Origin: Macrostomum lignano
Lineage: Eukaryota
DNA length: 64,000 bases
Assembly (NCBI GenBank): GCA_002269645.1
Contig: NIVC01001547.1
Span: 1-64,000, forward strand
Direction: 5' to 3'
Shown: piece by piece, positions 13,519 through 41,730 of the stretch
Numbering within the stretch: position 1 is the first letter of the stretch
Layout: each line of letters begins with the position of its first letter
Program-made: the position numbers and the translations under genes
Notes under the pieces: model-generated
Databases searched by the model: none
Seen by the model: only the letters and a program-made list of their open reading frames with translations
Told to the model about the DNA's origin: nothing

Positions 13519-16500
13519 CTAGCACAAAACATGCAGCAGCGAAATCTTCACCGACCCGTCATTGACGCCTGTTTTGGTGTTGCCGCCCGTGATAGCGACG
13601 CAGTCGCTGCCGTCGCAGTAGGAGCCGCCGCCGCCTCCAGCCATATATTTGATCCGCCCGGCTCCGCCGCCGCTGTAGCCGCCGCCGCCGCCGCTGGCTC
13701 CATAGTAACCGCCGCCGCCGCCTCCACCGAAGCCGCCTTTGTAGTCGTGGCCGGACCCGGCCTCGCCGCCGACCCAGTTGTTCGCGAGGCCGCTGCCACG
13801 AGCTCCGTCGTTGGTGCTGCGCCGCGTCATGTTGGGCCTGCCCAGCCAGCCAGCTCCGGAGCCGCCGTGCTGCTCATCGAAGGGCTCGACGTTCGTTCTT
13901 GTGAATCCTGGCTGGCCGTTCGAGCCACCGAAGCCTCTGTACATCGATTCTGGCTGGGAGTTTGTTCCGCTGGTGCCCGCCTGGCCGTCTACGCCTGCAG
14001 TTGGGAGACAGGCTTGAGATTAATGTGGACATTAATGAATAGGGCGCCGATGCCCTCAGTTCTTCAGATTTGGCGCCGATGCCCTCAGTCCTTCAGATTT
14101 GGCGCCGATGCCCTCAGTCCTTCAGATTTGGCGCCGATGCCCTCAGTCCTTCAGATTTAGCGCCGATGCCCTCAGTCCTTCAGATTTGGCGCCGATGCCC
14201 TCAGTCCTTCAGATTTAGCGCCGATACTCTCAGTCCTTCAGATTTGGCGCCGATGCCCTCAGTCCCTTCAGATTTGGCGCCGATGCCCTCAGTCCCTTCA
14301 GATTTGGCGCCGATGCCCTCAGTCCTTCAAATTTGGCGTGGATACCCTCAGTTCTTCAGATTTGGCGCCGATGCCCTCAGATGTGGCGTCGATGCCCTCA
14401 GTTCTTCAGATTTGGCACCGATGCCCTCAGATGTGGCGCCGATGCCCTCAGTTCTTCAGATTTGGCACCGATGCCCTCAGATGTGGCGCCGATGCCCTCA
14501 GTTCTTCAGATTTGGCACTGATGCCCTCAGATGTGGCGTCGATGCCCTCAGTTCTTCAGATTTGGCACCGATGCCCTCAGATGTGGCGTCGATGCCCTCA
14601 GTTCTTCAGATTTGGCACCGATGCCCTCAGATGTGGCGCCAATGCCACAGTTCTTCAGATTTGGCACCGATGCCCTCAGATGTGGCGTCGATGCCCTCAG
14701 TTCTTCAGATTTGGCACCGATGCCCTCAGATGTGGCGTCGATGCCCTCAGTTCTTCAGATTTGGCACCGATGCCCTCAGATGTGGCGTCGATGCCCTCAG
14801 TTCTTCAGATTTGGCACCGATGCCCTCAGATGTGGCGTCGATGCCCTCATTTCTTCAGATTTGGCACCGATGCCCTCAGATGTGGCGTCGATGCCCTCAG
14901 TTCTTCATATTTGGCACCGATGCCCTCAGATGTGGCGCCGATGCCCTCAGTTCTTCAGATTTGGCACCGATGCCCTCAGATGTGGCGTCGATGCCCTCAG
15001 TTCTTCAGATTTGGCACCGATGCCCTCAGATGTGGCGTCGATGCCCTCAGTTCTTCAGATTTGGCGCCCTCAGTCCCTCAGATTTGGCGCCGATACCCTC
15101 AGTCCTTCAGATTTGGCGCCGATACTCTCAGTCCTTCAGATTTGGCGCCGATACCCTCAGTCCCCGAACCAGCAGATCAAGCCTCACCAATTCCCAGTCC
15201 CTCAGGTTTAATAAGAGTTACCATCACCGTCTTTGCCGGCTCCGCCGCCACCTCCGGCAGCCAGCAGCAGGGTGTTGTCGGCCTCCGTGTAGACGAAGCT
15301 GCCTCCGCCGCCACCTGCGCTGCCATGCAATGAATTTGGTAGTAGTGGTAGGTTGCCGCCCCTCTTCCCGACAACAACAGACAGACTCGTGCCGGCTGTC
15401 AGCCCTAAATTGCCACTCATTTTGGCGCCGTTGCCTTCACTTCGAGTGAACACCTTGCCGCCATCGGCACCCAGCGCCTCGATCCGGTAGCAGGCGGTGA
15501 ACGGCAACTGTACCGTTTGAACCGAACCAGTGCGAACGGACGTCGTAGATGAAGCTGAGAAATATTTTTTATTTAAATACATTTTAGAGTAGGTCTTAGC
15601 TATAGAGTTGGGTCATAGAGTTGGGTCATAGGGTAGGGTCATAGACGGAATTGGGTCATATTCGGAATTGGGTCATAGACGGAATTGGGTCATATACGGA
15701 AATGGGTCATATAAGGAATAGGGTCATTTACGGAATTATATCATATAAGGAATTGGGTCATATAAGGAATAGAGTCATATAAGGAATAGGGTCATATACA
15801 GAATTGGGTCATATAGGAAATTGGATCATAAAAGGAATTGGGTCATATACGGAATTGGGTCATATAAGGAATTGGATCATCGACGGAATTGGGTCACATA
15901 CGAAATTGGGTCATATATGGAATCGGGTCCTAGATATAATCGGGTCATATATAGAATCGAGTCATAGATAGAATCGGGTCATATATAGAATCGAGTCATA
16001 GATAGAATCGGGTCATATATAGAATCGGGTCATATATACAATCGGGTCATATATTGATTCGGGTTATTGATAGAATCAGGTCATACATTGAATCGGGTCA
16101 TTGATAGAATCGGGTCATTGATAGAATCGGGTCATTGATAGAATCGGGTCATTGATAGAATCGGGTCATAAATAGATTCGAGTCATAGATAGAATCGGGT
16201 CATAGATAGAATCGGGTCATAAATAGAATTGGGTCATATATAGAATCGAGTCATACAAGTAGATAGAATCGGGTCATAGATATAATCAGGTCACAGATAG
16301 AATCGGGTCAAAGATATACTCGGGTCATAGATAGAATCGAGTTATGAATAGAATCGGGTAAGAGATAGACTCGGGTCACAGATAGAATCGGGTCAAAGAT
16401 AGAATCGGGTCATAGATAGAATCGGGTCATCGATAGAATCAAAAGATGGAATCGGGTCATCGATAGGATCGAAAGATATAATCAGGTCATAGAAAGAATC

Positions 16501-18071
16501 ATGTCATATATATAATCGGGTCATAGATAGAATCAGGTCATAGATAGAAACGGTTAGATAAAATAGGGTCATAGACGTAATTGGGTCATGGATGGAGTTG
16601 GGTCATAGACAGAATTTTGGATCATAGATAAATTGGGTCATAAAAGGAATTGGGTCATAGTCGGAATTGGTCATAGACGGAATTAGGCCAATGATAGATT
16701 TCGGAGAGTAGGATCGGGCAAACCTCATGGAAAGTCTTCCAGGCTACTCACCAGAAAAAGTCTTCTCAAACGGCGGCAGCGAGGCGGCCATCCGCAGCTC
16801 CAAGTCGGCCACTTTCCACAGCCGATCGGACGGTCCGGCCTCAAAGTGTCGCCGCACGTGGCTTGGGTTCGAATTCGGCAGCGTTTTGGTCGAGTCATCG
16901 ACCAGAAAAATCATTTGGCAGAGGTCGGAACCGTTAGCCAGGCTGGCAACTGAGCAGCCCCTCTGTATGCAGGCGGTGGTGCACTCAATTTCGGAGCGGA
17001 CTCCCTTCACATTCAGCTCGAAACTGCTTGTCCCATTGTCGATGAGCACCGAGTCGGTTAGGGTAAGCTCGGCCTGGTTCACGTTTGAGTCGGCGCTGGT
17101 GGCTGGAAACAGAATCAGTGTCCGATTGTCAGATAGCTCCATTCTGGCATCGGTGCCCACTAGAATACATCGACCCCCTTAGGCTCAATCGATGCCCATT
17201 AGGCTACATCGATGCCCATTAAGCTCCATTGATGCCCATTAGGCTCCATTGATGCCCATTATGCTCCATCGATGACTATTAGGCTCCATCTATGAACCAT
17301 TAGGCTCCATTGATGCCCATTAGGCTCCATCAATGAACCATTATGCTCCACTGATGCCCATTAGGCTCCATCTATGAACCATTAGGCTCCATTGATGCCC
17401 ATTAGGCTCCATTGATGCCCAATATGCTCCATCGATGGCTATTAGGCTCCATTGATGCCAATCAGGCTACATCAATGCCCAATATGCTCCATCGATGACT
17501 ATTAGGCTCTATTGATGCCTATCAAGCTACATCGATGCCCATTAGGGTCCCTCGATGCCCATTAGGCTACATAGATGCCTATCAGGCTACATCGATGCCC
17601 ATTGGGCTCCATTGATACTCATTATGCTCCATCAATGCCTATTAGGCTACATCAATGCCTGTTAGGGCCTATCGACGCCATAGGCTCCATCGATGCTCAT
17701 TAGGCTCCATCGATGACCATTAGGCTCTATCGATGACCATTAGGCTCCATCGATGCCCATTAGGCTCCATCGATGACCATTAGGCTCCATCGATGACCAA
17801 TTTTAGCCATCTATGACCAATTGAAGCCATTACCATTTGAAGCCATCGATGACCAATTGGAGCCATGACTATTTGGAGCCATCGATGACCAACTTGAGCC
17901 ATCCGTAACCATTAGAAGTCATTGGCGCCGCCAAAAGTTGGCATAATAACACAAATGTGGCCCCTTTTAGCACCAGCTACATAGTCGGATAAATCAGTTG
18001 CTATCTGAGAACCCGGCCGTTTCGGCCAACTCACCCAATGAGCAGCAGCAGATTAGCAGCAGCAGCAACAT
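13519..18071 (-). CDS. Secreted protein: signal peptide + PAN/apple-like Cys motif + ALK/LTK-type glycine-rich (TG-like, Gly_rich_2) domain; 417 aa, no TM or kinase
   Basis: Exons 18071-18035 (MLLLLLICCCSL, GTGAGT donor), 17159-16752, 15554-15222, 13994-13519. All introns are GT-AG and phase 1; total 1254 nt. Motifs: ECTTACIQRGC..C; CYRIEALGADGG; GGGGGSFVY; LLLAAGGGGGAG; GGFGGGGGGGYYGASGGGGGYSGG; GGGGGSYC; DGSVKIS then stop. Confidence 0.85.
14042..15165. repeat. Intronic minisatellite: 29-bp unit at both flanks, 50-bp (29+21) higher-order unit in the centre
   Basis: Units GGCGCCGATGCCCTCAGTCCTTCAGATTT and GGCACCGATGCCCTCAGATGT; exact 50-bp period visible at 14531/14581. Lies in intron 3 of the Gly-rich gene. 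Confidence 0.95.
15600..16690. repeat. Intronic 17-18 bp minisatellite (GATAGAATCGGGTCATA / ACGGAATTGGGTCATAT)
   Basis: Recurring GGGTCAT core every ~17-18 bp, in intron 2 of the Gly-rich gene. Confidence 0.92.
17180..17915. repeat. Intronic 20-bp minisatellite (CATTAGGCTCCATCGATGCC)n
   Basis: About 35 degenerate units in intron 1 of the Gly-rich gene. Confidence 0.92.
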
Positions 18072-18616
18072 ACGTGCAGTTTCCATCATTGAAAATTACT
18101 TACGTAGCATAAAAATTAACGAAAATGCAATTTTGGAAAGCAAAAGTGGAGGCGCATCTGTGAGTGGATTTTTTGCTTTTTATGCAAAACTGTGAGCAGA
18201 TATTGTACACTTGCTCAGTAACGCCCCCGGATGAAGCGCTTGACACTAAATTTCTAGAAAGTTTGGTCGCTATGGTTACTAATTGATTTCTAGGCTAATT
18301 AAAACACTGTTGAGTGTCTCAAATACCTCAATTAGAAAGCTACTGGTATCTTAAATACGGCTAATTGAATTGCAAGCATCACAGATGAATGTTTGCCATC
18401 ATCATTCTCGAGTAATTAACCTGATCATTTCCTTGGCTCACGCAAACAGAAAGGTCCCGATCTCTTGTGACTTCTTCATGTCTCTCTGCCTACCTTTCTG
18501 GAAGAGCAAATATGTCCTGCATTGGAAGGAATGCAGCAGGCTCCTCTTAAAACCTACTTGACTTAGCTGCAAGGTGGTCCGGACTCCGTAGACACCTATT
18601 TCGCTACTGAAGTGCT

Positions 18617-20680
18617 ACTTACTTACTTTGTATTTACTTACTTCTGACGGGGGCAGAGCGCCGCGATTAGTCCGCGAGGCCCCTATCGCAACCTCAAGCT
18701 AAACACAGACAGGCCTTGGGGCTGCCGCGCCCATCCCTCGCCAGCAGCAGAAGAGCTCGCGAGAGTGGCGTCCCGGACGAATGCGCGTAGGCCACGGAGC
18801 CGGTGCAGGGGTGGAGTTGACATCGTTAAAGTGCGGGCAGAAGGTGACGTGGAGTTTCCTCCTCTAGATCAAAAAAGGGGCGAATGGGAGAGCAATTACT
18901 TTGTAGTTGAATATGTCTTTGGAAGAAGCCATGCGGTAACAACCATGTACATCTCCCTGAGATCAGTTTTACTTGAGGAGATTAGGTATTCGGATACTTT
19001 CCGCTTTATGGCAGGCGTTGACATTCGTGTTTGCCGATAATCAGAGCAGCTGTCCCTGTGCAGCAGGTGTTGGTAGTTCAACATTTTTTGGAATGGCACG
19101 GTGGACTGGTGGCCAGATCACATTGATTCTATTGAAAACCGCCAGTTTCTGCAAGCTTTTGAAACGGTCTTAAACTGACTCGGTTGAAAGCTTGATAGAA
19201 GACAAAGTATTGCTGTCAGAGTAAAACTCAAAGCTAAAACTAAAAGTCAAAGATGCTGATGGTCAGCACACTGGTTGATGGCCATGACTTCGGATTGAAG
19301 AACCGAGACTTTCTCAAAAAGATGAATGCCACACTTGTGGAAAATGGCTATGCCCGCGCTAGCCATCACAAACGAAACGCGTGGCACCTTTCATCGCCTC
19401 AGCTCTGATAACCAGATGCAGAGGAGGCATGTTTGAGGATGGTGTTGAGTCCCTTGTAAGGGGTGGAGGGGTACGCACCAGTGATGGCCCGGCAAATGCT
19501 TCCCTGAAATTGGTAGAGCCGGTCCCATTCTGTCTTCAGCTCCAACGCACTGGACCAGATGAAGCAAAAGTAGATGATGCTGGGTCGGATGATGCCCGTG
19601 TAGATCCACCGGTCCGTTTTGGGAGAGGGTCCTTAGGCCCGATGGCTTAATTGGCGCGCTCGATCAGCATGTTTGGTCCAACGCAGATCATGCGCGAGTG
19701 TCACACCTAGATATTTTGTTCTCTTGCCGTAATTTTTATATTTTGAACTCTTGTGAGTTTTCAGAGCTGAGTGATAGTTCTCATAGTTCTCTGGGGTGCT
19801 GTTCTGGTTGGCAATCCGATGCAACCGAAGGGAGTTCTTTGTTTCACCAAGGTGAATATACCTTAAAGGTGAATACACCAAGGTGGCCTATCTTCCTACT
19901 GTTCAGCATTTCAACAAGTTTCTTGCACCGGGCTTCAATAATGCTTGAATATCTTTGCAACTTTCCAATTTTTCGGTCGGTTCATTGCTGATCCGAGACT
20001 TAAGGTCCCTTCTGAAGCAGATCCAGTCCTCCAGCTCCCTCTTCAAATTTGGGCGGTCCGGTCCGCCTTAGTGGTTTAAACGGATGTAATAAACATACTG
20101 TTCACGGTGAAGGTACAATGACTCTAGGAGAAGAGGATCTGGTAGTCTTTCGGCAGCAAAGTTGGCTTAACTCGCAGGGTGTAGGGCTCCTGCATGAGGT
20201 AAATGTCCACACCGGTGCCACCTAGAGTGTTCGGTGAGGCTACTGAAGGCTGCGACCGCTTGGTCCAGGTTGATCAGCACAATTTGCAGGTTATGGTCAC
20301 TATTTTACGTGAGTGTGGTAATATCATCATTGGACCCACCCGCAGGGTTGGCGACAAGATGACGGCGGATCTTCTTGATCGTTCTGGACCCCGAGTAAAA
20401 AGCCCTGTACCTCTTACAGGGAGGGGTGGGCTCTCCCCAGTACTCCATTCGATGATGGGGAGGTTCGCCAGGGCGATGTTGAGTTGGTCCTCGCTATTAA
20501 AAGTTGCCATTAGCTGCTCATTGCCCCAGAGAAAGTCGTGGACGTGAGGCATCGTTCAAAGATCCATTAACCGTGCGGACACAGATTTTATGGAGATCGG
20601 CTCAGCTGCAACCTTGGCGTAGGAGCCGGCCGTCTCTCGACCCTTGGAGCGCTTCAGGTCCTGAGAGATGATTGTGCGGT
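18617..20680 (-). mobile_element. Decayed, internally deleted non-LTR retrotransposon (LINE) with ORF1, APE-endonuclease and RT remnants
   Basis: Minus-strand remnants: SYAKVAA (ORF1-like, ~20600), DIYLMQEPY (endonuclease motif, ~20190-20215), KYLGVTLAHDLRWTKH (RT thumb, ~19660-19710), and a (TAAG)n-like 3' tail at 18617-18645. Multiple stops and frameshifts. Confidence 0.75.
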
Positions 20681-20684
20681 CCTC

Positions 20685-21124
<440 letters not shown>

Positions 21125-21549
21125 TACGTGAAGCAGACCTGTACAACCCAATCTGATAAAATTTTTAGTCAAGAATTAAACAAGAATGCAATTCTCAAAT
21201 GTTTACTATAAGTAGCGTACTGTGTATTCGAGTATTGAAGTTTCAAGCAGAAAAACGATAGCGCATAGAACAATGCCAGTTTCAAAAGCTCAAACGTCAT
21301 TGGTCAGCCCGAGATCCAATCAGAAACACGCAGAATTTTTTCACTCTGGATAGCGGCATGAGAAAAAAATTTGTTGCAAGCAGTTGGTCTTCGCTCCGGC
21401 GGTATTTTCACAGCTTTTTAATTTAAGGACAAGAAGAGCTCTGCCATCAGCTGTTAGTCCTCATCAGAGCGCTGCAGTGTTAATGCATTTTCATCTGCAC
21501 ACAAGCGATTGAACAGACGGTGCAAAAAGCACGAGCTGCAGAAACAGGT

Positions 21550-37807
<16,258 letters not shown>

Positions 37808-38046
37808 AGGATCTGCATGCAGCAACTTCCAGTTATTGTAATTCTAATACATTTTCTTGTATAATAGCTACCCCAGAAACAAAAAGAAGACACTAACAAA
37901 AATTTCATGTTTAGTGTAATACATGAGAAGCAGTTATTAAAACGGAAAAGTACACTATTTATTATTTAACTATTATTACATAAATAATTGTGAAATAAAT
38001 ACAAAAAATGCTTTAAAACATAGTTTAACAGCTAGAAATTCAAACT

Positions 38047-38262
38047 TCAAACATCCCATCCAGCCTCCCAGTCTCTGCCGGCACCATCATCCCAGCCGCT
38101 AACATCAGCCGCAGCAGCCGCTCCATCTGCAGCATCCCCAGGCTCAATAAACTCGTCGTCTCGTTCAAATTTAGCCACTAAGCGGATGTCGATTTTGGCG
38201 GTTGACTGTTGCTGCTGTGGCTGACGATTAGTAAATGTGCTCTGGTTCCTGGAACTGGACAT
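38047..38262 (-). CDS. 71-aa acidic micro-protein, SEM1/DSS1-like (divergent, lacks the C-terminal helix)
   Basis: IDIRLVAKFERDDEFIEPG...GWDD...DWEAGWDV aligns by eye with SEM1 VDLGLLEEDDEFEEF...VWEDNWDD. ATG at 38262, pyrimidine-rich AAG acceptor at 38293, AATAAA at ~37958-37963 (-). Confidence 0.55.
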   Translation of the reverse strand: MSSSRNQSTFTNRQPQQQQSTAKIDIRLVAKFERDDEFIEPGDAADGAAAAADVSGWDDGAGRDWEAGWDV

Positions 38263-38629
38263 GCCCCGGATCGAATTTGGATGATGAATAAACTTTTGAG
38301 AAGCAGGAATGAGAAACCATCGTTAGCCTGTTTAATCTGATGAAAAATCTTACTTCACAATACAAGACCTAAAAGAATTTCAGAAACAGTTACAAGCAAA
38401 GTGTTTGCACACAATCTGATGCAATATTCTTGCTTACTGGAACCATAAAAAGATTTGAAGTAACAGTTTGAATAGTTTATTTTCATGTACTTGCAGATGA
38501 ACATACATGTACGAGTGAAATACAAAAGTATCAAAAAATTGTTTTGATTTTTTGATTTGAAAGACAATAAGGGCACATAGCTCGTAAAAGGGGCAAATTA
38601 ATCATCAAGACAATGTGCAGATAGGGGCG

Positions 38630-39075
38630 GAAATTATAGAGACAAGGGCGGATAGGGGCGGAAAACATCGAAACAAGGGGCGGATAGCAGTGGATAGGGG
38701 CGGAAATCATCTAGACAAGGGGCGGATAGGAGCGGATAGGGGCGGAACTCATCTAGACAAGGGGCGGATAGGGGCGGAAATCATCTAGACAAGGGGCGGA
38801 TAGAAGCTGATAGGGGCGGAAATCATCTAGACAAGGGGCGGATAGGAGCTGATAGGGGCGGAAATCATCTAGACGAGGGGCGGATAGGAGCGGATAGGGG
38901 CGGAAATCATCTAGACAAGGGGCGGATAGGAGCTGATAGGGGCGGAAATCATCTAGACAAGGGGCGGATAGGAGCTGATAGGGGCGGAAATCATCTAGAC
39001 AAGGGGCGGATAGGGGCGGAAATCATCTAGACAAGGGGCGGATAGAAGCTGATAGGGGCGGATAGGGGCGGATAA
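38630..39075. repeat. GC-box-rich 31-42 bp minisatellite (GGGGCGGAAATCATCTAGACAAGGGGCGGATAGGAGCTGATA)n
   Basis: About 11 units with roughly two GGGGCGG each, immediately 3' of the ANKRD39 ORF. Confidence 0.93.
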
Positions 39076-39110
39076 TCACGAATAAGTTTGAATATTGTTG
39101 AACAGCAAAT

Positions 39111-39596
39111 TCAACCGACAGACTCCAGTTTCGCCTTCTCAATAAGGTCGGCCAGCTCAGAGTGTCCGGCCTCGGCCGCCCTACCAGCCGGACACCGTCC
39201 ATCTGCGTCCAGCGCATCAGGTTTGGCGCCGCGCGCCAACAACAAGCGCGCGCAATCCAATCTACCGGTAATTGCGGCGCGATGCAGAGGCGTAGCGGCG
39301 CCGGAGCGAGTTGGCGCATTGGGATCGGCGCCAGCATCCAGGAGGTACTCGCACACGCCAAGGTGCCCAGCCCTGCAGGCATAGTGCAAGGCGGTGTACC
39401 CGCCGGAGTCTCTGGCATCCACGCAGGCGCGCTTGCGACCGTCGGCGCCTTCAACGAGGCGTTTCAGTCGGGGCAGGTCGCCAGTCAGAGCGGCTGACCA
39501 GACGCCGCGATCGAAGTCCAACTCGGAGAGGCTCTGCACCACCGATGGGGCGGTGGCGCCGCCTCCGGAGCAGCCGCAGCTACCAGCTGGGTGCAT
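39111..39596 (-). CDS. ANKRD39: Ankyrin repeat domain-containing protein 39-like, 161 aa, single coding exon
   Basis: [40 protein letters not shown] and [10 protein letters not shown] match recalled ANKRD39 ([37 protein letters not shown]). Strong acceptor CTCCTCGTCTCCTGCAG 15 nt before the ATG. Confidence 0.92.
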   Translation of the reverse strand: [161 protein letters not shown]

Positions 39597-39629
39597 TGCG
39601 ATTGAGAGGGGCTGCAGGAGACGAGGAGG

Positions 39630-40345
39630 CGGAAATCATGTGGATTTGGGGCGGATAAGTGGGAGGAAATCATGTGGACTTATGGTGGAAATCATGTGGA
39701 TTTGGGGTGGAAATCATGCTGATTTGGGGTGGAAATCATGTGGATTAGGAGTGGAATAATGTGGATTTGGGGTGGAAATAATGTGGATTTAGGGTGGAAA
39801 TCATGTGGATTTAGGGTGGAAATCATGTGGATTTAGGGTGGAAATCATGTGGATTTAGGGTGGAAATCATGTGGATTTGGGGTGGAAATCATGTGGATTA
39901 GGAGTGGAATAATGTGGATTTGGGGTGGAAATAATGTGGATTTAGGGTGGAAATCATGTGGATTTAGGGTGGAAATCATGTGGATTTGGGGTGGAAAAAT
40001 GTGGATTTAGGGTGGAAATAATGTGGATTTGGGGTGGAAATCATGCTGATTTGGGGTGGAAATCATGTGGATTTGGGGTGGAAATCATGTGGATTTGGGG
40101 TGGAAATCATGTTGATTTGGGGTGGAAATCATGCTGATTTGGGGTGGAAATCATGCTGATTTGGGGTGGAAATAATGTGGATTTGGGGTGGAAATCATGC
40201 TGATTTGGGGTGGAAATCATGTTGATTTGGGGTGGAAATCATGCTGATTTGGGGTGGAAATCATGCTGATTTGGGGTGGAAATCATGTTGATTTGGGGTG
40301 GAAATAATGTGGATTTGGGGTGGAAATCATGTGGATTTGGGGCAG
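39630..40345. repeat. 23-bp minisatellite (GGTGGAAATCATGTGGATTTRGG)n
   Basis: About 30 units; shares GG(C/T)GGAAATCAT with the 38630 array. Confidence 0.95.
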
Positions 40346-41289
40346 ATAAAGGGTAGAAATTATATGGATGTGTGGTGGATAAGGATTCCAGAGATAATCT
40401 AGAGATGTAAGGCAGATAGGGGCATCATGTAGATGTGGGATGGAAATCATTCAGACATGGGTAAATTAGGATTGAGAAGTTTGTTTCAATAAATTATCAA
40501 TTAAATAGAAGCAATAGGCAATATTTATTTTAATATAATGGGAATTGAAAACAACAAACAGAATAGCAACTCATTCAAGATTTTTTTCATTTAAAATAAA
40601 ATAATTTGATATGCATTTATCTATAGGCCTAGTTTTATCTATCAAAGTATTTACAATTATATTTATTTAAAATATTTTTTTTGCCTAATTTTATATTTAT
40701 GATCCAATTTTTGCATTAGCTTAAACTAAATCACTTGTTAGACTCAAAATTTTATATCCTAGGGCCTAGTTAAAATTTGGTCAAGATTTGAATAATCCAA
40801 AAAAATATAATATTATACATAAGACTAATATATCTTAATATTAGGCCTTATCTAAGCACCATTAGCTTTAGATATAAGCTATAATAGATACTAATAAGTT
40901 TATGAAAAAATCTAAAAATGTTTATATTTGCTTTAAATGTGATACTATAATATATATAAGGCAATATTTTTTAAAGTTCTCACATTTAAATCATTATACA
41001 AACATATTAGGCAAATACCAAATATTATATTTTATTTTCAGTTAGCCATTTGGTCAAATTAATTTTAATTAACTATATAGAATTATGGTATAAATAAGAG
41101 TTAGCATTGAGATAAAAAACAAATTTATAATCACTGGCTTATTTGATTTGATAATCTTCACTATTTAGATATATATAAACTTAATGATAACAACTAGGGG
41201 CCTAGCCTCAATTTCAAAGACACAAATAATGATAATTCTATATTAATCTTGATTCTTTTAAGACAACAACCAAGATTATTAAATATCCA

Positions 41290-41730
41290 TATAGGCCCTA
41301 ACTTGAAAGAATTAATACATATTTTGAAATTATATAATTAGACTAAGCAATCTAATAAATTGCCTTAGCTTAGCGCTTAGTTCAACCAAATATATCTGTA
41401 GTAGGGCAGTATTTTAGGAATGGGAATTAGTAGCGAAGCAGATATGCTTTTCGCCTACTGTCAGTAGTTTAGGTTTGGGAAAGTAATTAGAGCGGGGGAA
41501 AATTGCTAGTTTTCGGGATTCTCTAGAAGTATAGAACAGTTTGGGGTTTGGGAAAGTAGCCTTGTGAGTTAGTTTTATTTTCGCTGGCTGGCAAAGAGAT
41601 CTCAGAAATTAGGAAGGTAAGAGGCAGGGAATATTGGGAAAAGTTTTTAAGTAAAACTGTCAAGGTAGTTGATGCCGAAGCAGTACACATACAGGTAGTC
41701 GATGCCTGACATTTTGCACCAACCATTGTA
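41290..41730 (-). mobile_element. Heavily decayed LINE reverse-transcriptase remnant within an AT-rich block
   Basis: Minus-strand translation with stops gives GIDYLYVYCF ... ASLLIPIPKILP, resembling the non-LTR RT N-terminal GxDG..Y / IIPIPK motifs. Confidence 0.5.

Noticed and set aside
14042-15165. CRISPR-like regular 29-bp repeats (also the 28.5-kb, 51-kb and 60.5-kb arrays)
   Set aside because: Units are head-to-tail with no unique spacers, there are no cas genes, and the context is a eukaryotic intron.
14070-15449. 459-aa and 331-aa plus-strand repeat ORFs
   Set aside because: They are minisatellite translations lying antisense to intron 3 and exon 3 of the Gly-rich gene.
39630-40345. 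Telomere-like TTTAGGG/TTAGGG motifs
   Set aside because: They occur singly inside some 23-bp units and are not a tandem telomeric tract.
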